A DNA stretch of 64,000 bases, taken from NCBI RefSeq assembly GCF_003334355.1, contig NZ_QOWP01000017.1; one strand, given 5' to 3'. The first letter of the stretch is position 1. Every line of letters starts with the position of its first letter. The position numbers and the translations under genes are program-made. The notes beneath the pieces are model-generated. The model ran no database searches. It saw nothing but the letters and a program-made list of their open reading frames with translations, and was not told the origin of the DNA. Of this stretch, positions 32,698-44,596 are shown piece by piece. The DNA comes from Escherichia coli. GTDB taxonomy: Bacteria > Pseudomonadota > Gammaproteobacteria > Enterobacterales > Enterobacteriaceae.

Positions 32698-32997
32698 TTG
32701 CCCAATGTGCCAGAGATGCCTCCGGCACAATATTTTAAATTTCGATTTGAAAAATTAAACATATTACATCTCCCGGTAAGTTATATTTCCCTGATACATT
32801 GTGAGTAAATCACAAAAATAATGAATAACCCATTAATGATTCATGTGGTTTATTTAAATAACCATTATGTGCATTACTCCGCAAATCTGACCTTTCACTC
32901 TGTCTCAAATTGTCATTGTTTACCGACATATCGCCTCTCATCACTTAATCGCTCCACCATTACAATTGATTAAAATATATTTTATGGAGTCCGATTA

Positions 32998-33444
32998 ATG
33001 GCAGCTCTTACTGCAAGCTGTATTGACCTGAATATTCAGGGCAATGGCGCTTATTCCGTTCTGAAGCAGTTGGCGACAATAGCGTTACAAAACGGTTTTA
33101 TCACCGACTCACACCAGTTCCTGCAAACCCTGCTGCTGCGCGAAAAAATGCACTCTACTGGATTTGGTTCCGGTGTCGCCGTGCCGCACGGTAAAAGCGC
33201 CTGCGTTAAACAACCGTTCGTATTATTCGCCCGCAAAGCGCAGGCTATTGACTGGAAAGCCAGCGATGGCGAAGACGTCAATTGCTGGATCTGCCTCGGC
33301 GTGCCGCAAAGCGGCGAAGAGGATCAGGTCAAAATCATCGGCACACTGTGTCGCAAAATTATTCACAAGGAATTTATTCATCAACTGCAACAGGGCGATA
33401 CCGACCAGGTGCTTGCCTTGTTAAATCAAACCCTCAGCTCATAA
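32998..33444 (+). CDS. frvA: PTS fructose-like EIIA component FrvA
   Basis: ORF track 148 aa; synteny with frvBXR. Confidence 0.9.
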   Translation: MAALTASCIDLNIQGNGAYSVLKQLATIALQNGFITDSHQFLQTLLLREKMHSTGFGSGVAVPHGKSACVKQPFVLFARKAQAIDWKASDGEDVNCWICLGVPQSGEEDQVKIIGTLCRKIIHKEFIHQLQQGDTDQVLALLNQTLSS

Positions 33445-33454
33445 GGAAGTGGCG

Positions 33455-34906
33455 ATGGAGTCATCCTTACGTATTGTCGCGATCACCAACTGCCCCGCCG
33501 GGATCGCTCACACCTACATGGTGGCGGAAGCCCTGGAACAGAAAGCCCGTTCTCTCGGTCATACCATAAAAGTGGAAACTCAAGGGTCCAGTGGCGTTGA
33601 AAACCGCTTATCCAGCGAAGAGATTGCCGCTGCCGATTACGTCATTCTCGCTACCGGGCGTGGCCTGAGCGGTGATGATCGCGCGCGGTTTGCCGGGAAG
33701 AAAGTTTATGAGATTGCCATCTCCCAGGCGTTGAAAAATATCGACCAGATTTTCAGCGAATTACCGACAAACTCGCAGCTTTTTGCCGCAGATAGCGGCG
33801 TGAAGCTTGGCAAACAGGAAGTGCAAAGCGGTAGCGTGATGAGCCACCTGATGGCGGGCGTCTCTGCGGCGCTGCCGTTTGTCATCGGCGGTGGTATCCT
33901 GGTGGCGCTTGCCAACATGCTGGTGCAGTTCGGTTTGCCGTATACCGATATGTCGAAAGGCGCGCCGTCGTTTACCTGGGTAGTTGAATCCATCGGTTAC
34001 CTTGGCTTCACCTTTATGATCCCCATCATGGGCGCTTATATTGCCTCGTCGATTGCCGATAAACCGGCTTTCGCTCCGGCGTTTCTGGTTTGCTATCTGG
34101 CGAACGACAAAGCGCTGCTCGGCACCCAGTCGGGTGCGGGATTCCTCGGCGCGGTGGTGCTGGGGCTGGCGATTGGCTATTTCGTCTTCTGGTTCCGCAA
34201 AGTGCGCCTTGGCAAAGCATTACAACCGCTGCTCGGTTCAATGCTGATCCCGTTCGTTACTCTGCTGGTTTTCGGCGTGCTCACTTACTACGTTATCGGG
34301 CCGGTGATGTCCGACCTCATGGGCGGGCTGCTCCACTTCCTGAATACCATTCCTCCATCAATGAAGTTTGCGGCAGCGTTTCTGGTCGGTGCGATGCTGG
34401 CGTTCGATATGGGCGGCCCCATCAATAAAACCGCCTGGTTCTTCTGCTTCTCACTGCTGGAAAAACACATTTATGACTGGTACGCCATCGTCGGCGTTGT
34501 CGCGCTGATGCCGCCCGTCGCGGCGGGTCTTGCGACGTTCATTGCGCCCAAACTGTTTACCCGACAGGAAAAAGAGGCTGCCAGTAGTGCCATTGTGGTC
34601 GGTGCCACAGTCGCAACCGAACCGGCTATTCCTTACGCTCTGGCAGCTCCGTTGCCGATGATTACCGCCAATACGCTGGCGGGCGGCATTACCGGCGTGC
34701 TGGTGATCGCTTTCGGAATCAAACGTCTGGCACCTGGTTTGGGTATCTTTGACCCGCTGATCGGCCTGATGTCGCCGGTGGGTTCGTTTTATCTGGTGCT
34801 GGCGATTGGCCTCGCGCTGAACATTTCATTCATTATCGTCCTGAAAGGATTGTGGTTACGCCGCAAAGCGAAAGCCGCGCAACAGGAGCTTGTCCATGAA
34901 CATTGA
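33455..34906 (+). CDS. frvB: PTS fructose-like EIIBC component FrvB
   Basis: 483 aa from MESSLRIVAITNCPAGIAHTYMVAEALEQKARSLG... Confidence 0.92.
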   Translation: MESSLRIVAITNCPAGIAHTYMVAEALEQKARSLGHTIKVETQGSSGVENRLSSEEIAAADYVILATGRGLSGDDRARFAGKKVYEIAISQALKNIDQIFSELPTNSQLFAADSGVKLGKQEVQSGSVMSHLMAGVSAALPFVIGGGILVALANMLVQFGLPYTDMSKGAPSFTWVVESIGYLGFTFMIPIMGAYIASSIADKPAFAPAFLVCYLANDKALLGTQSGAGFLGAVVLGLAIGYFVFWFRKVRLGKALQPLLGSMLIPFVTLLVFGVLTYYVIGPVMSDLMGGLLHFLNTIPPSMKFAAAFLVGAMLAFDMGGPINKTAWFFCFSLLEKHIYDWYAIVGVVALMPPVAAGLATFIAPKLFTRQEKEAASSAIVVGATVATEPAIPYALAAPLPMITANTLAGGITGVLVIAFGIKRLAPGLGIFDPLIGLMSPVGSFYLVLAIGLALNISFIIVLKGLWLRRKAKAAQQELVHEH

Positions 34907-35966
34907 GTTACTGCAACAGTTGTGCGAAGCCAGCGCCGTCAGCGGCGATGAACAGGAAGTTCGCGACATTCTGATAAACACGCTGGAACCTTGCGTGAAT
35001 GAAATCACCTTCGATGGTCTGGGCAGCTTTGTTGCCCGTAAGGGGAATAAAGGTCCAAAAGTTGCCGTTGTCGGACATATGGATGAAGTCGGCTTTATGG
35101 TCACCCACATCGACGAGAGCGGTTTTCTGCGTTTTACCACCATTGGCGGCTGGTGGAATCAGTCGATGCTCAACCACCGGGTAACCATACGCACACACAA
35201 GGGAGTGAAAATCCCTGGTGTGATTGGTTCCGTCGCGCCTCATGCGTTAACGGAAAAGCAAAAGCAACAACCGCTGTCATTTGATGAGATGTTCATTGAT
35301 ATTGGCGCGAACAGTCGCGAAGAGGTGGAAAAGCGCGGCGTGGAAATTGGTAATTTTATTAGCCCGGAAGCCAATTTTGCCTGCTGGGGCGAAGATAAAG
35401 TGGTCGGCAAGGCGTTGGATAACCGCATCGGCTGCGCAATGATGGCTGAACTATTGCAGACGGTGAATAATCCCGAAATTACGCTGTATGGCGTTGGCAG
35501 TGTGGAAGAAGAAGTTGGGCTACGCGGGGCGCAAACCTCGGCGGAACACATTAAACCGGACGTCGTGATCGTGTTGGATACCGCCGTAGCGGGCGATGTT
35601 CCGGGCATTGATAACATTAAATACCCGCTGAAACTGGGCCAGGGGCCGGGGCTGATGCTGTTTGACAAGCGCTACTTCCCCAACCAGAAACTGGTAGCAG
35701 CGTTAAAAAGCTGTGCCGCACATAACGATTTACCGCTGCAATTTTCCACCATGAAAACCGGTGCGACGGATGGCGGGCGCTACAACGTGATGGGCGGCGG
35801 GCGTCCGGTTGTCGCGCTGTGTCTGCCAACTCGTTATCTGCACGCCAACAGCGGTATGATTTCAAAAGCCGATTACGAAGCTCTGCTCACGCTGATACGG
35901 GGTTTTCTGACGACCTTAACTGCGGAGAAAGTCAACGCGTTTAGCCAGTTCCGTCAGGTGGATTAA
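34896..35966 (+). CDS. frvX: M42-family peptidase-like protein FrvX
   Basis: Track ORF 358 aa (MSMNIELLQQLCEASAVSGDEQEV); start 34890 or 34896. Confidence 0.9.
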   Translation: MNIELLQQLCEASAVSGDEQEVRDILINTLEPCVNEITFDGLGSFVARKGNKGPKVAVVGHMDEVGFMVTHIDESGFLRFTTIGGWWNQSMLNHRVTIRTHKGVKIPGVIGSVAPHALTEKQKQQPLSFDEMFIDIGANSREEVEKRGVEIGNFISPEANFACWGEDKVVGKALDNRIGCAMMAELLQTVNNPEITLYGVGSVEEEVGLRGAQTSAEHIKPDVVIVLDTAVAGDVPGIDNIKYPLKLGQGPGLMLFDKRYFPNQKLVAALKSCAAHNDLPLQFSTMKTGATDGGRYNVMGGGRPVVALCLPTRYLHANSGMISKADYEALLTLIRGFLTTLTAEKVNAFSQFRQVD

Positions 35967-37714
35967 TGCTAAACGAACGCCAGTTAAAGATTGTCGATCT
36001 GCTGGAGCAACAGCCGCGCACGCCTGGCGAGCTGGCGCAACAGACTGGCGTTTCAGGCAGGACCATCCTGCGTGATATTGACTATCTCAACTTCACCCTT
36101 AACGGCAAAGCCCGCATTTTCGCCAGTGGCAGTGCGGGCTATCAGCTGGAAATCTTCGAGCGCCGCAGCTTTTTTCAGTTGCTGCAAAAGCACGATAACG
36201 ACGATCGGCTGCTGGCGCTGTTATTACTGAATACTTTCACTCCCCGAGCGCAACTCGCCTCGGCGCTTAATTTGCCAGAAACGTGGGTAGCAGAGCGTCT
36301 GCCCCGGTTAAAACAGCGTTATGAACGCACTTGTTGCCTGGCCAGCCGCCCTGGTTTGGGCCATTTCATTGATGAGACAGAAGAGAAACGCGTTATCTTG
36401 CTGGCGAACTTGCTGCGCAAAGATCCGTTTTTAATTCCGCTGGCGGGCATAACACGAGACAACCTTCAGCATTTATCCACGGCCTGCGACAACCAACACC
36501 GCTGGCCGCTCATGCAGGGTGATTATCTCTCCAGCCTGATTCTGGCGATTTACGCCCTGCGTAATCAACTGACCGATGAGTGGCCGCAATATCCCGGTGA
36601 CGAGATAAAACAAATCGTTGAACATAGCGGTCTGTTTCTTGGTGATAACGCTGTAAGAACCCTGACGGGTTTGATAGAGAAACAGCATCAGCAAGCGCAG
36701 GTAATTTCAGCCGATAATGTGCAGGGGTTGCTGCAAAGGGTGCCGGGCATCGCGTCATTGAATATTATTGATGCGCAGCTGGTTGAGAATATTACCGGGC
36801 ATTTATTACGTTGCCTTGCCGCACCAGTGTGGATTGCTGAGCACCGCCAGAGCAGCATGAATAACCTGAAAGCCGCCTGGCCTGCGGCCTTTGATATGAG
36901 TCTGCACTTTATTACGCTACTGCGTGAACAGCTCGATATTCCCCTTTTCGACAGCGATCTGATCGGTTTGTATTTTGCCTGTGCGCTGGAGCGGCATCAA
37001 AACGAACGCCAGCCGATCATTTTGCTCTCGGACCAGAACGCGATTGCCACTATTAATCAGCTCGCCATTGAGCGCGATGTTTTAAATTGTCGGGTAATTA
37101 TTGCCCGTAGCTTAAGCGAACTTGTTGCCATTCGCGAAGAGATTGAGCCGTTATTGATCATTAACAACAGCCATTATTTACTGGATGACGCGGTAAATAA
37201 TTACATCACCGTAAAAAATATCATTACGGCTGCCGGTATCGAACAAATAAAACATTTTCTGGCGACGGCATTTATTCGCCAACAGCCGGAGCGTTTTTTC
37301 TCTGCCCCCGGAAGTTTTCATTATTCGAATGTACGCGGTGAAAGCTGGCAACATATTACCCGGCAAATTTGTGCGCAATTAGTCGCACAACACCATATTA
37401 CCGCCGATGAAGCACAACGCATCATCGCCCGCGAAGGCGAAGGTGAAAACCTGATTGTTAATCGCCTCGCCATCCCACATTGCTGGAGCGAACAGGAGCG
37501 ACGTTTTCGTGGATTTTTTATTACCCTCGCCCAACCAGTTGAGGTGAATAACGAAGTCATTAACCATGTCTTGATCGCCTGCGCCGCCGCCGATGCGCGT
37601 CATGAGCTAAAAATATTTAGCTATCTGGCAAGCATATTGTGTCAGCATCCGGCGGAGATTATTGCCGGGTTAACAGGATATGAGGCATTTATGGAGTTAC
37701 TTCACAAGGGGTGA
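35966..37714 (+). CDS. frvR: frv operon regulator FrvR
   Basis: ORF track 582 aa. Confidence 0.9.
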   Translation: MLNERQLKIVDLLEQQPRTPGELAQQTGVSGRTILRDIDYLNFTLNGKARIFASGSAGYQLEIFERRSFFQLLQKHDNDDRLLALLLLNTFTPRAQLASALNLPETWVAERLPRLKQRYERTCCLASRPGLGHFIDETEEKRVILLANLLRKDPFLIPLAGITRDNLQHLSTACDNQHRWPLMQGDYLSSLILAIYALRNQLTDEWPQYPGDEIKQIVEHSGLFLGDNAVRTLTGLIEKQHQQAQVISADNVQGLLQRVPGIASLNIIDAQLVENITGHLLRCLAAPVWIAEHRQSSMNNLKAAWPAAFDMSLHFITLLREQLDIPLFDSDLIGLYFACALERHQNERQPIILLSDQNAIATINQLAIERDVLNCRVIIARSLSELVAIREEIEPLLIINNSHYLLDDAVNNYITVKNIITAAGIEQIKHFLATAFIRQQPERFFSAPGSFHYSNVRGESWQHITRQICAQLVAQHHITADEAQRIIAREGEGENLIVNRLAIPHCWSEQERRFRGFFITLAQPVEVNNEVINHVLIACAAADARHELKIFSYLASILCQHPAEIIAGLTGYEAFMELLHKG

Positions 37715-37763
37715 ACTGTGTCGGATGCGCCGCATCCGACACTGCATTTATCATCAAAAACGT

Positions 37764-38819
37764 TTAACGCAGGCTATTATAGTCATCAACCATTTCGTTG
37801 TACTCGCGTAATGCTCTCGGGAAAGAGTCTTCGACCATCCAGCTTGAGTTTGCGTCCTGAAGTTGCTCTTTATCCCAGTCAGAGTACGGGACTTTATCTC
37901 TGATGCGGCGAACGTATTTTTTAGCCTCGAGTTGATACTGGCCTGCCGAATTAATAAACGAGAAATTCATGCCGCCTTTATCCGCTTCTTTGACCTGCGC
38001 CACTAGCGTTTCCAGTTCAGACACTTTCTTCATTGCCGCTTCTGCATCAAACTTATCTTGCGATATCAGGTTATTAATTTGTTTCGCTGAAATCATGACT
38101 GCCAGAGAGTAGTAGTGGAATGTTTTCCCTTCTCTTTCTTCAATATTTTTCAGTTCCGCAAGCTGACGCTTATCATTAATTTCCTGAATCGCCGCATGAT
38201 AAGATTCGGCTACAGGTTCAAAGGCTTCCAGATTTTTTAAGAATGTCTGGTGCAGCGTTTTCCCTTTCGCAAACGCATCGTCTTTATAATTTTCCTGGGT
38301 GTAATATTTATCCATTTCGTTAATGGTATTACCCAACGCCACGGCAGCATCGATATAACTCACCGCCACGCCATCAATTGGTTGCAGCGCAGGCGTTAAC
38401 GCCACAGCACTTTTTACGCCTTTTTCACACTCAGCGAGGTTGGATTCACTAATGCCGTAGATGCCATAAACAGTACGCTCTTCACCGGTAGGCCCCTGTT
38501 TAAAATCTTTCAGCCAGTCAGCATAACGCGCCAGACTGCGCTGTACCGGGATCTGTAACTTGTTGTAGCACTTGATATAGACATCCATTTTTTCGTCGAA
38601 AACCGCTTGTTCATCGACCACCGGTTGCGCAGGTGTTTCAGGTTTAGCTTCTGCTTTTGCAACGGGAGCTTCAGTAGGTTTCGCTTCAGGAGCTGGTGCG
38701 GCAGGTTGACTATTGGCAGGCGGGAGCGTTTCTGTTTCGGCTTTTTTATCATCACAACCCGTCAGACCGAGGGACATGATGGCGACTATAATAGCGGAAG
38801 ATAATAAATTCCTTTTCAT
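37764..38819 (-). CDS. yiiG: Lipoprotein YiiG
   Basis: ORF track 351 aa with signal peptide and lipobox MKRNLLSSAIIVAIMSLGLTGCDD. Confidence 0.9.
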   Translation of the reverse strand: MKRNLLSSAIIVAIMSLGLTGCDDKKAETETLPPANSQPAAPAPEAKPTEAPVAKAEAKPETPAQPVVDEQAVFDEKMDVYIKCYNKLQIPVQRSLARYADWLKDFKQGPTGEERTVYGIYGISESNLAECEKGVKSAVALTPALQPIDGVAVSYIDAAVALGNTINEMDKYYTQENYKDDAFAKGKTLHQTFLKNLEAFEPVAESYHAAIQEINDKRQLAELKNIEEREGKTFHYYSLAVMISAKQINNLISQDKFDAEAAMKKVSELETLVAQVKEADKGGMNFSFINSAGQYQLEAKKYVRRIRDKVPYSDWDKEQLQDANSSWMVEDSFPRALREYNEMVDDYNSLR

Positions 38820-38930
38820 TTAATTGCCTTATAAATATATAGATAAGAGAGTGAACATAATAAATGAAAAAAGAAAACGCCACTACACGCATTTTGTTTA
38901 TAAATAAAATAATAAAATTCACGAAATGAA

Positions 38931-38970
38931 TAAGTCCTGCAATTTAATATATTTCGCAGGACTTATTTTA
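38931..38970 (-). terminator. Hairpin terminator downstream of fdhD
   Basis: taagtcctgc/gcaggactta 10-bp stem with U-rich flank on both strands, 5 nt past fdhD stop. Confidence 0.5.
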
Positions 38971-38971
38971 A

Positions 38972-39805
38972 TTAATTGCTCAAACGCTGCGGATGGGTAT
39001 AAACCGTTGCCCGACCCGGTTTACAAAAACCTACCAGTGTCAGATTACAGCGCTCAGCCACTTCTACAGCAAGCGTGGTCGCGGCAGACACCGCAAACAA
39101 AATCTCTACGCCGCACATCGCCGACTTTTGCACCATTTCATAACTGGCACGACTGGAAACCAGTACCGCACCTTGCTGCCAGCTTTCCCCTTCTTGTGAC
39201 CGGCGGCCTAACAGTTTGTCCAGCGCCACATGGCGACCCACGTCTTCATGCCCGCCGACCAGTTCGCCAGATGGCAACATCCAGGCAGCGGCGTGAGTAC
39301 AACCAGTCAGTTGCCCCACTGGCTGAAAATCGTTGAGATGACGTAATGCATCATCCAGTTTGTTGAGATCAAACGTCTGGGTGAACGGTAGCGGCTGCAC
39401 CGGTTTTCCGATGTCATTAAGTTGCTCCACGCCGCATACGCCACAGCCCGTACGTCCCGCCAGCGCCCGGCGGCGCTCCTTCAACCCCATAAAGCGGCGG
39501 CTGGAAAGCTCAATTTGTACTTCAAGACCATTACAGGAAGGAACGACATCCATGCCGAAGATATCGCGCGGACTTTCGATAATCCCCTCGGAAAGCGAAA
39601 AACCGAGCGCAAAGTACTCAAGGTCTTTGGGCGACGCCATCATCACCACATGCGAAATGCCGTTGTAGACCAGCGCAACGGGAACTTCTTCCGCGACCTC
39701 ATCTAACCGTGGGTGTTGTAAATCATCACGCCGCCATAACTCAATTTGACGAACACCTGTGATATTTGTCACATTTTCGATTTCTTTTCGCTGTGTTTTT
39801 TTCAC
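38972..39805 (-). CDS. fdhD: Formate dehydrogenase accessory sulfurtransferase FdhD
   Basis: ORF track 277 aa [40 protein letters not shown]... Confidence 0.95.
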
Positions 39806-39998
39806 TTTCTCTTAACCAGATAAGAACACACACACCAACATTATGGTATTCTGTTACAAACCCTTCCTGGATGGAGGGAAATTGAGCCAATTCTGGACCT
39901 TTGCGGCCCCTTCCGCAAAGAAAAATAACTCCCACTCCCTGCACACGCAGCAAGCGAATGTAAATGGGACGTGACAATGTCGAAACAAGGAGCAATCC

Positions 39999-42900
39999 AT
40001 GCAGGTCAGCAGAAGGCAGTTCTTTAAGATCTGCGCTGGCGGTATGGCAGGCACCACGGCAGCGGCACTGGGTTTTGCACCCAGCGTAGCACTCGCGGAA
40101 ACCCGGCAGTATAAACTGCTGCGCACCCGCGAAACCCGTAATACCTGCACCTATTGTTCCGTAGGCTGTGGGCTGTTGATGTACAGCCTCGGTGACGGAG
40201 CAAAAAACGCCAAAGCATCTATCTTCCATATCGAAGGCGATCCGGATCACCCGGTCAACCGCGGTGCACTTTGTCCGAAAGGCGCTGGCCTGGTGGATTT
40301 CATCCACTCCGAAAGCCGTCTGAAGTTTCCGGAATACCGTGCGCCAGGTTCTGATAAATGGCAGCAAATCAGTTGGGAAGAGGCGTTTGATCGCATCGCC
40401 AAACTGATGAAAGAAGACCGCGATGCTAACTACATTGCGCAAAACGCCGAAGGCGTGACTGTTAACCGCTGGCTCTCCACCGGGATGCTGTGTGCTTCCG
40501 CGTCGAGTAACGAAACCGGCTATTTAACGCAAAAATTCTCCCGCGCGCTGGGTATGCTCGCGGTCGACAACCAGGCGCGTGTCTGACACGGACCAACGGT
40601 AGCAAGTCTTGCTCCAACATTTGGTCGCGGTGCGATGACCAACCACTGGGTCGACATCAAGAACGCCAACCTCGTCGTGGTGATGGGCGGTAACGCCGCT
40701 GAAGCTCACCCGGTCGGGTTCCGCTGGGCGATGGAAGCCAAAATTCACAACGGCGCGAAGCTGATTGTGATCGATCCTCGCTTTACGCGTACGGCGGCGG
40801 TAGCTGACTACTATGCCCCTATTCGTTCCGGTACTGACATTGCTTTCCTGTCAGGCGTATTGCTGTACCTGCTGAACAATGAAAAATTCAACCGCGAATA
40901 CACCGAAGCCTATACCAACGCCAGCCTGATCGTGCGTGAGGATTACGGCTTTGAAGATGGCCTGTTCACCGGCTACGACGCGGAAAAACGCAAGTACGAT
41001 AAATCCTCCTGGACTTATGAACTGGACGAAAACGGCTTCGCCAAACGCGATACCACGCTGCAACATCCGCGCTGCGTGTGGAACTTGCTGAAACAGCACG
41101 TTTCCCGCTACACGCCAGATGTGGTTGAAAACATCTGTGGTACGCCAAAAGACGCGTTCCTGAAAGTCTGCGAATACATCGCAGAAACCAGTGCTCACGA
41201 TAAAACTGCCTCGTTCCTGTATGCCCTCGGCTGGACGCAACACTCCGTTGGTGCGCAAAACATTCGTACGATGGCGATGATCCAGCTGCTGCTCGGCAAT
41301 ATGGGGATGGCAGGCGGCGGCGTTAACGCCCTGCGCGGTCACTCCAATATTCAGGGGCTGACGGACCTGGGGCTGCTGTCGCAGAGCCTGCCAGGTTACA
41401 TGACGCTGCCAAGCGAGAAGCAGACCGATCTGCAAACCTACCTTACCGCCAACACGCCAAAACCGCTGCTGGAAGGCCAGGTAAACTACTGGGGCAACTA
41501 CCCGAAATTCTTCGTCTCTATGATGAAGGCCTTCTTTGGTGATAAAGCGACGGCGGAAAATAGCTGGGGCTTTGACTGGTTGCCGAAGTGGGATAAAGGC
41601 TACGACGTCCTGCAATACTTCGAGATGATGAAAGAGGGCAAGGTCAATGGCTATATCTGCCAGGGCTTTAACCCTGTTGCCTCATTCCCGAACAAAAACA
41701 AAGTGATCGGTTGTCTGTCGAAACTGAAGTTCCTCGTCACCATCGACCCACTGAACACTGAAACCTCTAACTTCTGGCAGAACCACGGTGAGCTGAACGA
41801 AGTTGACTCGTCGAAGATCCAGACCGAAGTGTTCCGTCTGCCATCGACCTGCTTCGCGGAAGAGAACGGTTCTATCGTTAACTCAGGTCGCTGGTTACAG
41901 TGGCACTGGAAAGGTGCGGACGCCCCGGGGATTGCGCTGACTGACGGCGAGATCCTCTCCGGTATCTTCCTGCGCTTGCGCAAGATGTATGCCGAACAGG
42001 GTGGCGCGAACCCGGACCAGGTGCTGAACATGACATGGAACTACGCCATTCCGCATGAGCCATCTTCAGAAGAAGTGGCGATGGAGAGCAACGGTAAGGC
42101 GCTGGCCGATATTACCGATCCGGCAACCGGTGCGGTTATCGTCAAGAAAGGCCAACAACTTAGTTCGTTCGCCCAATTGCGCGATGACGGTACAACCTCC
42201 TGTGGCTGCTGGATTTTCGCCGGTAGCTGGACGCCGGAAGGCAACCAGATGGCACGCCGTGATAACGCCGATCCGTCTGGCCTCGGTAACACGCTGGGCT
42301 GGGCATGGGCATGGCCGCTTAACCGCCGCATTCTGTATAACCGCGCCTCCGCAGATCCGCAGGGTAACCCGTGGGATCCGAAGCGTCAGTTGCTGAAATG
42401 GGACGGCACTAAGTGGACCGGCTGGGATATTCCGGACTACAGCGCAGCGCCTCCGGGTAGCGGCGTCGGGCCGTTTATCATGCAGCAGGAAGGCATGGGG
42501 CGTCTGTTTGCCCTCGATAAGATGGCGGAAGGTCCGTTCCCGGAACACTACGAGCCGTTTGAAACGCCGCTGGGAACTAACCCGCTGCATCCAAACGTTA
42601 TCTCGAACCCGGCTGCACGTATCTTTAAAGACGACGCCGAAGCATTGGGTAAAGCCGATAAGTTCCCGTATGTCGGAACCACCTATCGTCTGACCGAGCA
42701 CTTCCACTACTGGACCAAACACGCGCTGTTGAACGCGATTTTGCAGCCAGAGCAGTTTGTGGAAATCGGGGAGTCGCTGGCGAATAAACTTGGCATTGCC
42801 CAGGGCGATACCGTGAAAGTCTCCTCCAACCGTGGCTATATCAAAGCCAAAGCGGTGGTGACCAAACGTATTCGCACGCTGAAAGCGAACGGCAAAGATA

Positions 42901-43049
42901 TCGATACCATCGGTATTCCGATTCACTGGGGCTATGAAGGCGTAGCTAAAAAAGGCTTTATTGCCAATACTTTAACGCCATTCGTTGGTGATGCGAACAC
43001 GCAGACGCCGGAGTTTAAGTCCTTCCTTGTGAATGTGGAAAAGGTGTAA
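39999..43049 (+). CDS. fdoG: Formate dehydrogenase-O catalytic subunit FdoG (selenoprotein; UGA at 40584..40586 read as Sec)
   Basis: Track ORFs 39999..40586 (195 aa, Tat signal SRRQFFK) and 40635..43049 (804 aa) are in the same frame, separated only by TGA; 1016 aa read through; aaggag RBS at 39987..39992. Confidence 0.95.
40587..40630 (+). promoter_or_regulatory. SECIS stem-loop for Sec insertion
   Basis: cacggaccaacggtagcaagtcttgctccaacatttggtcg directly 3-prime of UGA, similar to fdhF/fdnG SECIS as recalled. Confidence 0.75.
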
Positions 43050-43061
43050 CGGAGACGACAT

Positions 43062-43964
43062 ATGGCTTATCAATCTCAAGATATCATTCGTCGTTCCGCG
43101 ACTAACGGTCTGACCCCCGCGCCTCAGGCGCGGGACTTCCAGGAAGAAGTGGCGAAACTCATCGACGTTACCACCTGTATCGGCTGTAAAGCCTGTCAGG
43201 TGGCGTGTTCAGAGTGGAACGACATTCGCGATACCGTCGGCAATAACATTGGGGTGTACGACAACCCCAATGATTTAAGCGCCAAATCGTGGACGGTAAT
43301 GCGCTTCTCGGAAGTGGAGCAGAACGACAAACTGGAATGGCTGATCCGCAAAGACGGCTGTATGCACTGTTCCGATCCAGGCTGCCTGAAAGCGTGCCCG
43401 GCGGAAGGTGCAATTATTCAGTATGCCAACGGTATCGTCGACTTCCAGTCCGAGCAGTGCATTGGCTGCGGTTATTGCATTGCGGGCTGTCCGTTCGACA
43501 TTCCGCGCCTCAACCCGGAAGACAACCGCGTCTACAAATGTACGCTGTGCGTTGACCGCGTGGTGGTTGGGCAAGAACCAGCCTGCGTGAAGACCTGCCC
43601 AACGGGCGCGATTCACTTCGGTACGAAAGAGTCGATGAAAACGCTGGCGAGCGAGCGCGTTGCTGAGCTGAAAACCCGCGGTTACGACAATGCGGGTCTG
43701 TACGATCCGGCAGGCGTCGGTGGTACACACGTCATGTACGTGCTGCACCATGCTGACAAGCCAAATCTGTATCATGGCTTGCCGGAGAACCCGGAAATCA
43801 GCGAAACCGTGAAATTCTGGAAAGGCATCTGGAAACCGCTCGCGGCTGTTGGCTTTGCGGCTACCTTTGCGGCCAGTATCTTCCACTACGTGGGTGTCGG
43901 TCCGAACCGTGCGGATGAGGAAGAGAATAATCTGCACGAAGAGAAAGACGAGGAGCGCAAATGA
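43062..43964 (+). CDS. fdoH: Formate dehydrogenase-O Fe-S subunit FdoH
   Basis: ORF track 300 aa with several CxxCxxCxxxCP ferredoxin motifs. Confidence 0.95.
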
Positions 43965-44596
43965 AACGACGTGACACCATCGTGCGCTACACCGCGCCGG
44001 AACGTATCAACCACTGGATCACCGCCTTCTGCTTCATCCTGGCGGCGGTGAGCGGGCTGGGCTTTTTGTTCCCGTCCTTCAACTGGTTGATGCAAATCAT
44101 GGGCACACCGCAGCTGGCGCGAATTCTGCACCCGTTTGTCGGCGTGGTTATGTTTGCCTCGTTCATCATCATGTTTTTCCGTTACTGGCATCACAACCTA
44201 ATCAATCGGGATGATATCTTTTGGGCGAAGAATATTCGTAAGATCGTCGTCAACGAGGAAGTAGGTGACACCGGGCGTTATAACTTCGGTCAGAAATGCG
44301 TTTTCTGGGCGGCGATTATTTTCCTGGTTCTGCTGCTGGTGAGCGGCGTGATTATCTGGCGTCCTTATTTTGCGCCTGCTTTCTCAATCCCGGTGATCCG
44401 ATTCGCGTTAATGCTGCATTCATTTGCCGCAGTGGCGTTAATTGTGGTTATCATGGTGCATATCTACGCCGCCCTTTGGGTGAAAGGCACGATTACCGCC
44501 ATGGTGGAAGGATGGGTTACCAGCGCCTGGGCGAAGAAACATCACCCGCGCTGGTACCGTGAGGTCCGCAAGACAACGGAAAAGAAAGCTGAATGA
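43961..44596 (+). CDS. fdoI: Formate dehydrogenase-O cytochrome b556 subunit FdoI
   Basis: ORF track 211 aa, multi-TM. Confidence 0.95.

Noticed and set aside
39999-40586. 195-aa ORF as a separate truncated gene or pseudogene
   Set aside because: It is the N-terminal part of fdoG; the terminating TGA is a selenocysteine codon followed by a SECIS-like element and the same frame continues.
40851-41615. 254-aa minus-strand ORF
   Set aside because: Antisense within fdoG.
42066-42926. 286-aa minus-strand ORF
   Set aside because: Antisense within fdoG.
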